Assembly: GCA_963731595.1 (NCBI GenBank)
Contig: CAVSWE010000003.1
Location: 1-44,947, forward strand
Direction: 5' to 3'
DNA length: 44,947 nucleotides
Origin: an uncultured delta proteobacterium
GTDB taxonomy: Bacteria > Myxococcota_A > Polyangia > Polyangiales > Polyangiaceae
Within the stretch, counting starts at the first letter, position 1, and the number at the start of each line of letters is the position of its first letter. Shown piece after piece: positions 20,187 through 29,801 of this stretch. The notes under the pieces were generated by a model. The model had not been told where the DNA came from. It made no database searches and was given only the letters and a program-made list of their open reading frames with translations. The position numbers and the translations under genes are program-made.

Positions 20187-20900
20187 GTGAGAGCCAACAA
20201 GGGTCAGACATCACTTCGGGGGCGCAATGCCGAGACCGGCCATTTCATTCCGGTCGAAGAAGCGCGCCGAAACCCCAACACGACGACCGTCGAGCGCGTG
20301 CCGAAGCCGGGCTACGGCGCAGAGTCCTCCTCGCCAAGGGGCCGCGACGTGAAGACCGGCGAGTTCATCCCGGTGGAGGAGGCCAAGCGCCGCCCGAACA
20401 CCACGGTCGTCGAGCGCGTGCGAACCGAGGGAAAAGCGAATAGCACGATGCCCTACGAGCCTCGAATCCCAGTCGACCGTGAGTATGTCGTCGCGCTCGG
20501 CCGGGCGCTCTACAACTTCACATACCCTCGAACAGCAGGTGATCTCGACGATCGCCAAGGTGAGCCCGGGACGGCCACGGGGCCGTTCCGTCCGGCCAAA
20601 CGGCGAAGTTCATCGCGACCGCGTTCCACGTCGCCATCGACAAGGCGACGCCGCCATTGGCGAGCCGTTGCGCAAGTCGCTCACGAAGTTTCACGAGAAA
20701 TTCCTCCGCGCCATCTCTACGAGGAACAAGCTCCTGCATGGTCACCCATACACAAGCATTGGGTGGAGCCCAACAGCTCCGGTAGCGGTGGTCATGAGTG
20801 GACCATCGACAAGATTGACGATGCCGCCAAGCACTTCGAGGACGTTGCGATCGAGGGCAACGACGTTTACTACGACCAACCCCTCGCCGAGCGCCATTGA
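20187..20900 (+). CDS. tandem-repeat protein (two ~35-aa repeats TGxFIPVEEA(K/R)RxPNTTxVERV), at least 3 frameshifts in the 3-prime 400 nt
   Basis: GTG start with SD. Repeats ETGHFIPVEEARRNPNTTTVERV and KTGEFIPVEEAKRRPNTTVVERV. All three frames carry protein-like segments downstream. Confidence 0.45.
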   Translation: MRANKGQTSLRGRNAETGHFIPVEEARRNPNTTTVERVPKPGYGAESSSPRGRDVKTGEFIPVEEAKRRPNTTVVERVRTEGKANSTMPYEPRIPVDREYVVALGRALYNFTYPRTAGDLDDRQGEPGTATGPFRPAKRRSSSRPRSTSPSTRRRRHWRAVAQVAHEVSREIPPRHLYEEQAPAWSPIHKHWVEPNSSGSGGHEWTIDKIDDAAKHFEDVAIEGNDVYYDQPLAERH

Positions 20901-21161
20901 CGACGCGCCGTGACCGGCGGCGGTTTTGGGTTTGCGTCGCCCTGCTAGACTTCGAGGATGGATACGTCAAGGAGCGAATCGAGGGCCGCAGCGTTGACCG
21001 ACGAAGACTTCGAGACGCTTCGTGCTCGCATTCGTGCGATTCGAAGTGACTGACGGGCTAGCCATTCGTCACAGTTCTCGCGTCCGGCCGAGAAAGTAAC
21101 GCAGGACCTTCTGGACGAGCCCACCAATAGACGCGCGCGGTCTGCTCGCGTATGCTTATTC

Positions 21162-21949
21162 GTGAACCACTTCACGGATGACGACGGGTTCAAGGCGGTG
21201 CAGTCCCAACGGGACTGGCTGTTCGGCGTGGATGATCCACCCGCCGATCCATTTCGCGCGTACTTTACGAGCCTCGGTCCTGAGACGAAGAATCTCTCCA
21301 ACCGATTGCGCATTCCTCGGCGCAAACTTGCGTACGTCTTCACCTTCGAGGATGTGGCGACCCAAAGCCGATCGCTGGAGATCGTGGACAGTGGATCTTC
21401 TATTCGGCGATGGACTACCGCGTCGCCGAGGCGCGGCAGCAAACGAACGGAGCGACGGGGTTATGATCGGCGGTAGTGACATCATCGTTGAAGACGCTGG
21501 ACCGCCCGACGAAGCGACGTTCATCATCACGGAGCTTCTTCGCTCATGGCCGACGCTATTCAGAATGTCCTTCCGGGCGACACTTGTGTTCTACCGGGTG
21601 ACGAGACGATCGCGGCCATGACGGAGTTTTTCGTCTACAAGTCGCGGGCTGACTTCGAGTCGTGGGCCACAGACGGCGCTTCCGATGCAAACGTGGACCG
21701 AATGATCCACGTGATGCTCGGCGCCAAGTCGACGACCTTCGTTACGGACGGACCAGGCTCGAGCACCTACAAGCTCGCGGCGGCTCTCGTGCCGTCGATG
21801 CGAGGCCATCGCCTCGTTGCCGCGCTTGAGGCGATCCGCGCTCGTATGCGCGACCAGCGCCGGCGCACCCTGCGCCGTCGCTCGGCAAGCACGACCTCAA
21901 AGTTGAAGAGGGCGACACACACCTACCATTTGAGACAGACGCGGCCTGA
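21162..21949 (+). CDS. hypothetical protein (MNHFTDDDGFKAVQSQRDWLFGVDDPPADPF...), about 3 frameshifts
   Basis: GC3 about 75% in the plus frame. Pieces 21162..21476, 21178..21621 and 21546..22172. The true C-terminus ...DLKVEEGDTHLPFETDAA ends in TGATG, overlapping the next start. Confidence 0.4.
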
Positions 21950-22158
21950 TGTATCTCGTCGCCCTCCACGTCATGCGCGGCACCGCCCACGGCATCAACG
22001 CGTTCCATTACCGACACGCGGATTCGATCAGCTGGAACCTAGGACCGCCATCCAATGTGCCCGACGAGGATCCGGGCGTGTTGGTGAACAAGGTCACGCT
22101 GATTCCTCCGGGGCGGGAATCGTGTCCGCAGTTCACTCGATATCACTGCGCGAGATGA
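21949..22158 (+). CDS. small hypothetical protein (MYLVALHVMRGTAHGINAFHYRHAD...)
   Basis: ORF 21949..22158 with high GC3, coupled by TGATG. A competing minus-strand ORF 22039..22245 also has high GC3. Confidence 0.3.
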   Translation: MYLVALHVMRGTAHGINAFHYRHADSISWNLGPPSNVPDEDPGVLVNKVTLIPPGRESCPQFTRYHCAR

Positions 22159-22436
22159 CGAGACGTGGGTGACAATCCGCATGAACTTCCTCAAGTTCAT
22201 CCTCGACAGCGAGGGCAACCCATTCCCGTGGATTTCCCGTGTCAATCGTTGCGTGTTCCGCGCCGCGATGGAAGATTGGGCTTGCTGCGGAGTGGCGGCG
22301 CGAGCTTGTGGACCTCTACGAAGCCATACGCAGCGTTAGGGTATCAGCGCCGTCAAGCAAAACACCCAACTCGTCGCGCTTTAATCAGCGACAATTACGC
22401 GTGAGCGAGAGGTTCATGGCGGCGAACTGCTGCTAC

Positions 22437-22556
22437 TTTCCCTGTCGCGATCCAAAGTAGTAGCCGGCAGCGCTGGCAAAGATCGTCAGCACCGGGGCGA
22501 CCGCAATCGTCGCGAACTTGTCTGCACCGGGAATCCGAAGCCAAAGCAAAACGAAG
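22437..22556 (-). pseudogene. 3-prime fragment of a membrane-protein gene truncated by IS66 copy 2 (FVLLWLRIPGADKFATIAVAPVLTIFASAAGYYFGSRQGK*)
   Basis: Manual minus-strand translation. Open up to the IS left end at 22557. Confidence 0.3.
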
Positions 22557-22614
22557 GTAACCGTACGGGGATGGACGCCGTGCGCGTTCGCCGCCGTCGC
22601 GATTCACTGCGGGC

Positions 22615-22935
22615 ATGAGGCACACGGCGGAGTGGTGGGCGAAGCGGGTGGCGGAGATTGCGCAGGCCGGGGACGCGCGCGCGGTCGCGCGGCGGCACGG
22701 GGTGAAGGAGCGGACGCTGATCTGGTGGCGTTCGGAGCTACATAGGCGAGCACGGGAATCGAGCCCGCGCCTGTTGCCGGTCGTAGTTCGGGCCGCGCCA
22801 GATCGCGCACCTGCGGTGCAGGTGGATCAGCTCGAGGTCTTCGTCGAGGTCGGCGCCGCGCGCATGACCCTGCGCGGCGCGGTGAGCGCCGAGCACCTCG
22901 CGGCGATCGTGTCGGCGTCGGCGCGCGCGTGCTGA
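22615..22935 (+). CDS. tnpA: IS66 TnpA (Orf1)
   Basis: Identical to 11515..11835. Confidence 0.75.
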   Translation: MRHTAEWWAKRVAEIAQAGDARAVARRHGVKERTLIWWRSELHRRARESSPRLLPVVVRAAPDRAPAVQVDQLEVFVEVGAARMTLRGAVSAEHLAAIVSASARAC

Positions 22936-23294
22936 GCCTCGGGCCGGGCGTGCAGATCGTGCTCGCGAGCGAGCCGATCGATCTGCGCCGCGGGCACGAC
23001 GGGCTCGTGACGCTGGTTCGCTCGCTGTGGAAGGCCGATCCGTACAGTGGGACGCTGTTCGTGTTCTTCGGGCGCCGCATGGACCGCGTGAAGATCCTGT
23101 TCTTCAGCGCGGGCGGGTTCGTTCTTTATTACAAGCGCCTCGAGCGGGGGCGCTTCTCGATGCCGCGCATCCCCGAGGGCGCCTCCCAGGTCGTGCTCGA
23201 CCCGGCCTCGCTCACGATGTTGCTCGACGGCATCGATCTTCGCGCCGTGCATCGCGCACCCATGTGGCAGCCGGCCGCGAGAGAAAGTGCATAA
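22929..23294 (+). CDS. tnpB: IS66 TnpB (Orf2)
   Basis: Identical to 11829..12194. Confidence 0.85.
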   Translation: MLSLGPGVQIVLASEPIDLRRGHDGLVTLVRSLWKADPYSGTLFVFFGRRMDRVKILFFSAGGFVLYYKRLERGRFSMPRIPEGASQVVLDPASLTMLLDGIDLRAVHRAPMWQPAARESA

Positions 23295-23336
23295 AGGGGA
23301 TCGACACGGCACGCGCGTCATGATCAAAGCTGTCTG

Positions 23337-24790
23337 TTGGTTCCGCCTCCCGACGACGACAACGAGCACGGCTGCGCCTGGCGCGATTACGCCAAGCACC
23401 TCGGCACCCAGCTCGAGGTGATGCAGGCCGAGATGGAGGTGCTCAAGCGCGCCTTCGCCAAGCGCTCCGAGAAGATGGGCAAGATGCCGAGGGTCCCGCG
23501 ACCTCCGCGCACGCCCGCGGAGGCCGCGGACCGCCGCACCGAGCAGGCGCTGCTCCGCGCCGACAAGGTCGTCACCGAGGAGAAGACCGAGCCTGTCCCC
23601 GCGGAGCTCAAGAAGTGCAGCCTCTGCGGCGGCACTGACTTCCGCAGCGTCGGCACGGGCAAGCCGTCGGAGATCTACTCCTACGTCCCGGGTTATTTCC
23701 GACGCGTCGTCCACACGCGCGAGGTCGTCGCGTGCCGCTGCGGTGGCTGCGTCGTCACCGCGCCCGCGCCCGAGCGCTGGGCCGACAAGACGCGCTACGA
23801 CTCGAGCTTCGTCGCTCACCTCGTCGTCTCCAAGTGCCTCGTCGTCACGCCCCTCTACAGGCTCGAGCAGTCCTTCGCGCGCCTCGGCATGCCCGTCGCG
23901 CGGAGCACCATGAATGATCTCTTTCGCCGAGCCGGCCTTAAGCTCGAGCCGCTCCGCGCCCCGCTCTTCGAGGCAATCAAGAAGGACTTCCTCGTCCACG
24001 CCGACGAGACCTCCTTCAAGATGACCAAGCAAACCTCGAAGGCGTTCATGTGGGCCTTCGTCGGCCGCAGCCTCACCGGCTACCGATTCGACCTCACGCG
24101 CAGCGGCGACGTACCCATCGATGTGCTCGGCGACTCCACCGGTGCCCTCCTCTGCGACGACTACCGCGGCTACGACCCGCTCGTGAAGAAGGGAAAGCGC
24201 CAGCGGTGCGGCTGCCACGCCCACGCACGGAGAAAGTTCTTCGAGGCCGGCGACGTCCCCGAGGCGAAGGAGGCCCTCGAGCTGATCGGCGGCCTGTACT
24301 GCGTCGAGCACGAGGCCGAACGACAAGAGATCGTCGGCACGCCCGAGCATCTGGCGCTGCGCCGCGAGTACGCCCGTCCGCTCTTCGTGCGGCTCCTGCT
24401 GCTCGCGCGCGAGATCCGGCGCGCGCACGGGCCCAAGACGCTCCTCGGTCGCGCCGCGCGTTACACCTGGCACAACCAGCGCGAGCTCGGACGCTTCCTC
24501 CGCGACGTGCGCATCCCGCTGGACAACAACCCCGCCGAAATGCCCTCCGCGTCGTCGCGCTCGGCCGAAAGAATTTCCTCTTCGTCCACAGCGAGGACGC
24601 AGGCAAGGAGCTCGCGCTCCTCTACTCGCTCGTCGTCTCCTGCACGCGCGTCGGCGTCAACCCGGTCGAATACCTCGCCGATGTCCTCGACCGAATCGAC
24701 AAGACTGCCGACGACCACTACGTCGACCTGCTCCCCGATCGCTGGAAGCCACCACCCAAGCCTGGTCCGGCGACGATTTTCGACCCGTAG
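23337..24790 (+). pseudogene. tnpC: IS66 transposase TnpC with a 1-nt deletion (A4 to A3 at 24538-24540) causing a frameshift
   Basis: Copy 1 has ccgccgaaaatgccc; copy 2 has ccgccgaaatgccc. ORF 23337..25145 runs through the element end into flanking DNA. The C-terminus resumes in ORF 24050..24790. Confidence 0.8.
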
Positions 24791-24842
24791 CGCATCCTGG
24801 GACTGCGGGATCTGCCTTTTAGGCCGATGCCCGTACGGTTAC

Positions 24843-25145
24843 GCTTCAACCGACGTCCAGTCGGAGTGGCTCGGTTGGTATAACTGCACGTGTACGAGTT
24901 GCGCTTCGCAGTGCTCGTCGGCGTTCTGCTTTGCGACCACGCCCGCCGATGCGGGCAAAGACAGCGGACCTCCGACGTGCGCGCCAGATGGATCGGGATG
25001 CTCAGTGGACAGCCAGTGCTGCACAGGGCTCTGCTCAACGGGCGACTCGACTTGCGGCTGCGTTGACGACCTCTCGACGGGTTGCGGGGTCGATACCGAC
25101 TGCTGTCTCTCAACCGACACCTGTGTCAATGGCATCTGCCAGTAA
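24843..25145 (+). pseudogene. 5-prime-truncated paralog of the secreted Cys-rich protein gene (...DVQSEWLGWYNCTCTSCASQCSS...DSQCCTGLCSTGDSTCGCVDDLSTGCGVDTDCCLSTDTCVNGICQ*)
   Basis: About 90% nt identity to 14396..14735. Starts exactly at the IS66 copy 2 right end. The C-terminal module is intact here. Confidence 0.5.
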
Positions 25146-25220
25146 TCTGGGGTCTAAGAGGGTATCTGGGTGATGAGCGACAATTACTCTTGCAGGTTGC
25201 GTCGATTTGCGGCGCGATGA

Positions 25221-26369
25221 TCACCGCGCCGCGCGCGGGTCCGCTGCGTTCTCGATAGCCGCAATGCCCTTCTCCGTCGCATGGGGCGCGAGGTGCATGT
25301 AACGCTCCGTCTGAATCAGCTGCGCGTGCCTGGCCAATGCCTGGATCACGCGCGCGGGCACGCCCGCCATGGCGAGCCTGGTAATGAACGTGTGCCGAAG
25401 GACATGGACGCGACCCGTGACCGGCAGTCCGGCTTGGCTTTCGACGCGTGCCATCCAGTACGCTACGTCGTTCGGCAGCAACTCCTTGCCGCCGTCCTTG
25501 CAGAGCACACGGGGGCCGATCTCCGGAACGCTTTGCAGCACGTTCGCAAGGCGCGAGGTCATCGGCAGCCACCGTTCCTTGCCGCCTTTGGTCTCGCTCT
25601 CAAAGGGAATGGCGCCATTGTGCCAGATCGAGCGCCGCACGTAGATACGCCCGGCCGCGAAGTCGATGTCGCTTCGACGCAGGGCGATGATTTCGCCACG
25701 TCGAAGTCCGGCGTCACACCCGAGCAGCACCAGCGCGTGGTATCGCACGTCCAACTCCGCTGCGGCGACGAGCAGGCGACCGAGCGTCGCATCGTCGTAA
25801 AACATTGCTGCCTTGTCGTCGTCGACCTTGGACCGCACGATGCGACACGGCATCTTTTGGAGCACGCCGAAATCAACGGCCGCATGTAACAGTCTGGATA
25901 TCTGGCAGAGCCTGAGGTTGTGGGTCCGCTTATTCGATGTCGGCTTCGCAATGCGACCGTGGAAGGTGGAGTATCCTCCCTCCGTCCAGCGTCGGCGAAG
26001 CAGCGAGATCTGAGCATTTGTTACCTCGTCCAGGTGCAAGTCCCCGACGAACGGCAGCACGTGTGAATGGAGTTCACGCTCGACGTTGTGGATGTCCGCC
26101 GCTTTGCGCAGTCGCGCGCGGAGATCGGCTATGAACGTCAGCGCGAACGCCGAGACTGTGGGCGGCTTTGAGGGCTTCGGCAAACGAGCAACGCGCCCGG
26201 CTTCGCGCAACTCTGCTTCCCGTAGATCGCCCCACCTTCTCGCGGACGCTGCGGACGTCGCGGTGATCACACGCCGGTCTCTGCACGCGGTCAGATCTGG
26301 CCAGCGAAAATAGACCTCGACCTGGTATCTACCTCCTTCGTCCTTCCACGGTCTCACGTTGACGGTCAT
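25221..26369 (-). CDS. int: tyrosine recombinase / phage-type integrase
   Basis: HVLRHTFITRLAMAGVPARVIQALARHAQLIQTERYMHL. N-terminal MTVNVRPWKDEGGRYQVEVYFRW. SD AGGAGTGG before the ATG at 26369. Confidence 0.9.
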   Translation of the reverse strand: MTVNVRPWKDEGGRYQVEVYFRWPDLTACRDRRVITATSAASARRWGDLREAELREAGRVARLPKPSKPPTVSAFALTFIADLRARLRKAADIHNVERELHSHVLPFVGDLHLDEVTNAQISLLRRRWTEGGYSTFHGRIAKPTSNKRTHNLRLCQISRLLHAAVDFGVLQKMPCRIVRSKVDDDKAAMFYDDATLGRLLVAAAELDVRYHALVLLGCDAGLRRGEIIALRRSDIDFAAGRIYVRRSIWHNGAIPFESETKGGKERWLPMTSRLANVLQSVPEIGPRVLCKDGGKELLPNDVAYWMARVESQAGLPVTGRVHVLRHTFITRLAMAGVPARVIQALARHAQLIQTERYMHLAPHATEKGIAAIENAADPRAAR

Positions 26370-26612
26370 GACCACTCCTGTTGCTTCGGACGCCGCGTTC
26401 ACGCCGCGGCCGCGAACCTCGTCGAATGCACGGGGCGTGCCGACTCGTGACCTTCTCCGAGATTTGCACGTATAGGCATCTATCGGGGTGTTACGCACTC
26501 CGCTACATCCCGGTGCGCCCCAGAAACTGTGGCCCGTAGCCCGCCGTTTCGTGTTCGACCGGACACTTCTCGCCATGTTGCGAGTTGTAGCGGATTGCGC
26601 TACGTTCCCCGC

Positions 26613-26891
26613 ATGCCGAGAGCGCCTAGCGAGAACACCGTCTCCATCACGATCAAGATGCCGCAGCGTTGGGTAGATCTCGCCTCGGAGCTTGCTGACT
26701 TGGCTAACAAGTCAGCGTCCTCCGATGAGTTGCGAATGGCCGGGCGCCTGACGCGCACTGAGGTCCTCCGCCTTTCTCTCGAGCGCGGCCTTAACCATTT
26801 CAGCGCCGGGTATCTCGGCGCGCAAGAGAAGCGGTCCACGGGCGCGCGCCGCAGTCGTGGTACGCCGAAGAAGAGACGAGCGTCGAAATGA
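26613..26891 (+). CDS. small ribbon-helix-helix-like protein
   Basis: MPRAPSENTVSITIKMPQRWVDLASELADLANKSAS... Divergent from xis. Confidence 0.4.
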   Translation: MPRAPSENTVSITIKMPQRWVDLASELADLANKSASSDELRMAGRLTRTEVLRLSLERGLNHFSAGYLGAQEKRSTGARRSRGTPKKRRASK

Positions 26892-26934
26892 CGTTGGGAC
26901 GCGCCCGCTCGTTGTGGTTCGTTCTTCGCGCGCC

Positions 26935-27186
26935 TCACCTGCTGACCTTGCGGTCGAGCCAGGCGAGCAGGCGCGCGCGATGAAACTGTACGCGCCGACC
27001 AGTGCGCACGATCCCGCCTACCTGGTGGCGGAAAATACGCATGTAGAGCGCACTCCGGCTGATGCCGAGAAGCCGTGCAGCTTCCGACGTGCTGATGAGG
27101 ACTCGGTCGCTGTCGGAGGGTCGCGCGGAGTCTCCGTCCGGTTCGCCCGGCTCGGGTGCGAGAACATCCGGCCGACTGGCCGTCAT
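26935..27186 (-). CDS. xis: excisionase/AlpA-family HTH protein
   Basis: LISTSEAARLLGISRSALYMRIFRHQVGGIVRTGRRVQFHRARLLAWL. Its ATG overlaps the stop of the upstream gene (ATGA). Confidence 0.6.
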   Translation of the reverse strand: MTASRPDVLAPEPGEPDGDSARPSDSDRVLISTSEAARLLGISRSALYMRIFRHQVGGIVRTGRRVQFHRARLLAWLDRKVSR

Positions 27187-28443
27187 TGCGAGCCTCCCTT
27201 CTCCGGGCCAGTGGGTTGCTCACGGAGCAGTTCGTCGACCTTCGCGTCCACGCCGACGGCCTCTCGCAGAATGGCGCCGTAGGCGGTCTCGCGCGTCTTC
27301 CACCATCCGTCGTGCAGCGACCTCTCCCGTGACAGGCTTTCGCGTAGCTCGCCGACGGTCACGTGAACGCGCTTGATGGCGGCCGTGAACTCGTCGCTGC
27401 GGAGGTAGGCGACCAGCGCGCCGGCCATCGACGCCTTGTCAGTCTCAGTCGCCCGCATGCGCCCGATCTTGACGATTCCGTCTCGCACCACTGCGGCGAC
27501 GTGAGCGACGACGACAGGTGTTGCCACAATGACGCCCGCGATAACGCAGAGCCCCGTTGCACGGGCTGGCAACACACGTGTGACGAGGATCCCGTACGAC
27601 GTGCTGTGGCTCTCCATCGCGAGCGCCGTCTGCCTGACGAACGCACGTTGAAAAGCCTTCGTGTTCTTCACCTCGAAGACGACCTTGCCGACTTCCCGGC
27701 CGTGGTCGATGACAACCTGCACGATGTCGCCCGCCCGGCCGTGCGCCTCGATCTTGTCGCCGGGAAACGCATCGCGCAGGTTCCGGGCGACGTCCTCCTC
27801 CCCTTCCGGACCGAAGTGGCTGCGGTCGCGATCCTCGGCCTTGCGCTGCAACTCGGCGACCGTGCGCTTCATGATGTCCTCGTCTCGTCGTCTGCGCGCC
27901 TCGATGGTCTTCACCTGGTGGCGCAGAATCCTCGACGAGGGCGCGCTGCTGCTGCTTTACGGCGCGGGTTGCCTGACGGACGAGACCGGCAACCTCGGCT
28001 TTCGCCTGCGACCGCATCGCCACCCTCTCGTGGGCGATCTTCTTCTCGAGGATCTCGCGCCGCCTCACCTCCGCGCGGACCACCCTTTCGTACCCGCTGA
28101 CGACACGCTCGAGTTTGGCGACCGTCATCGCGCGTGTTCGCTCGACGTCACCGGCTAGGCGCGCCGCGTTGGTCTCCCATTTGGTCCGCTCTGCAGAGAT
28201 TGCCTCGTCGAGTTTCACGCGTTCGGCTGCTACGGCATCACCGATCGCCGTGGTCCGATCGGCATCGAACGCCTGGCGCGCGCGTTCGAGCGCCGCGTAT
28301 TCTTGAGCGAGTTCCGCCTCGCGAGCCTCAGTAATCCGCAGGATCCGCTCATAACGCTCGCGCGTGATAGATGAACCGCACGTCGGACAATGCGCAGTTT
28401 CCGGCGCGGGCAGTATCTTGGTCGTTCCGTTGCTCATCTGCAT
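27183..28443 (-). CDS. zinc-ribbon plus long coiled coil plus DUF2130-like C-terminal domain protein (prophage-associated), one frameshift near 27900
   Basis: N-terminal piece (ORF 27445..28443) has CPTCGS and heptad-rich sequence. C-terminal piece (ORF 27183..27914) has ...GDIVQVVIDHGREVGKVVFEVKNTKAF... Confidence 0.5.
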
Positions 28444-28487
28444 GGCTTCCTCGTCTCTTCCAGCAGCGCCAGCGCGACGCTACTTAC

Positions 28488-28500
28488 TGGTATATTACCA
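28488..28500. promoter_or_regulatory. perfect 13-bp palindrome TGGTATATTACCA in an AT-rich tract about 45 bp upstream of the 28443 start
   Basis: Read directly. Operator-like. Confidence 0.3.
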
Positions 28501-28926
28501 TCTAGGTACATATTGTCAACGCCCTGCATGCGTGGGAGCGTCGCCCCGTGGGACTCGTGCGAGTGACCGTCTGGGGGTACTACTGCTGCCGATGCGGGCA
28601 TCGGTGGGTCCCCCGCCGGACTTGAACCGCCGGCGCGTGCGCAGCCGCTCCTCAAGCCGTCCGACCCAGGGGTCAAGCCTGCTGCGCTCCCCGACGAGCC
28701 GCGCGTCTGCCCACGGTGCAAGAGCCCCTACTGGGACCGACCGAAGACGCGTTGACGGTGTCCGTGCTGCCGTTGCGCGTCGCACTCGCCGATCCAGTGA
28801 TCACGCGGCACGAGCGCGTTGTGCTCTTTACGCTTGCCGTAGCATTCCTCCGCTCGAAGAATTTCCGCACGCAACTCGCGCGATGAATCGCTCGGCGGCG
28901 AGTTCGGTCTTGGTCCACTACGGGAC

Positions 28927-29142
28927 GTGCAGCCGTCGCTTCGGTTCGTCATTTGCGCAGAGTGCGGGCAGATCTTCTTTCTCTGCGCCGATTGTGATCG
29001 TGGGGACCGGTATTGCGGGTCGCTCTGCCGCGAGCTCGCCGGCGAAGTGTTCGCGAGGCGCGCGTTCGGCATCAGCGCAGTCCCGAAGGGCGCCTCGACC
29101 ACCGCGACCGAAACCGGGCGTACCGCCGTCGGCGTCGCGTGA
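28927..29142 (+). CDS. small zinc-finger protein (ICAECGQIFFLCADCDRGDRYCGSLC)
   Basis: ORF 28927..29142. Four CxxC-type pairs. Confidence 0.3.
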   Translation: MQPSLRFVICAECGQIFFLCADCDRGDRYCGSLCRELAGEVFARRAFGISAVPKGASTTATETGRTAVGVA

Positions 29143-29205
29143 TGGATCAGGGTCCCGGAGAGACGCCGAAAACTTGCACAGTGCACGCATCGAAGGAGAC
29201 GCCCG

Positions 29206-29514
29206 ATGCGCGAGCTGCACGTCCTCATCATCCCGACGCCCGAGGGGGCGACGATCCTCGCGACGGACAGCCGCCGCACGGTGCTTCGAGCGAGGCTGCC
29301 GACGCCGTGGCACGCGCGGGCGTTGCCGAGGCTGCTCGACGCGCTCGGCCGCTGGCACCCGCTTCCGATCCGCGCTGCGCTCGTTGTGGGCGACGAGAGC
29401 GATTCGTCCGCCACGAGACTCTATCCCGGCTGGTTCGACGATTTCGGCGCACGCCTGTACGAGCTCGAGATCGTGGGCCCCCGCGTGAGACGTGACGAGC
29501 GGAGCGGGCGATGA
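29206..29514 (+). CDS. hypothetical protein (MRELHVLIIPTPEGATILATDSRRTVLRARLPTPWHARALPRLLDALGRWHPL...)
   Basis: SD AAGGAGA before the ATG. Protein-like composition. Confidence 0.45.
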   Translation: MRELHVLIIPTPEGATILATDSRRTVLRARLPTPWHARALPRLLDALGRWHPLPIRAALVVGDESDSSATRLYPGWFDDFGARLYELEIVGPRVRRDERSGR

Positions 29515-29801
29515 CGATCGATCCGGATCAGCGCGCGCGCATTCGTCGCCTCTTCTACGCCGAGCGGATTTGTCGAATTATTCCCTCCTGCCCAATGATT
29601 CGCTCCCGGAGGGGCGGGCTGCCCAATAATTCCGTCTCGCCCTATTTCCGACGTTGCGGTGTGGTTTGGAGACCTGAGAGAACAGGTCTTCCAACTCGAC
29701 CCCGAGAGCGCGGGCGGTCGTGCCCTAAGCCGGCATCTTCAAACAAAACCAGCGCCCAATACCAAAACGTATGCGTAACACCAAAACGCGACGAGCGATG
29801 A
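29511..29801 (+). CDS. hypothetical ORF, weak; overlaps a repeat-rich lower-GC tract that may be non-coding
   Basis: ATGA coupling to the previous ORF. Only the first ~20 codons are protein-like. Confidence 0.2.
   Translation: MTIDPDQRARIRRLFYAERICRIIPSCPMIRSRRGGLPNNSVSPYFRRCGVVWRPERTGLPTRPRERGRSCPKPASSNKTSAQYQNVCVTPKRDER

Larger units (their letters stand above)
22557..24842 (+). mobile_element. IS66-family insertion sequence, copy 2 (about 99% identical to copy 1), no target-site duplication
   Basis: Same ends as copy 1. Left flank aaacgaag versus right flank gcttcaac. The right flank is the interior of a Cys-rich protein paralog. Confidence 0.85.

Noticed and set aside
22039-22245. 68-aa minus-strand ORF with high GC3
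   Set aside because: Overlaps the plus-strand ORF 21949..22158, which is translationally coupled to its upstream gene. Both cannot be real. Kept only as a note.
28585-28625. tRNA-like T-arm (minus strand reads CGCCGGCGGTTCAAGTCCGGCGGGGGACCCACC)
   Set aside because: The loop is 10 nt rather than 7. No complementary acceptor 5-prime strand sits at the right distance. There is no CCA or discriminator context. It is a simple GC hairpin, not a tRNA.
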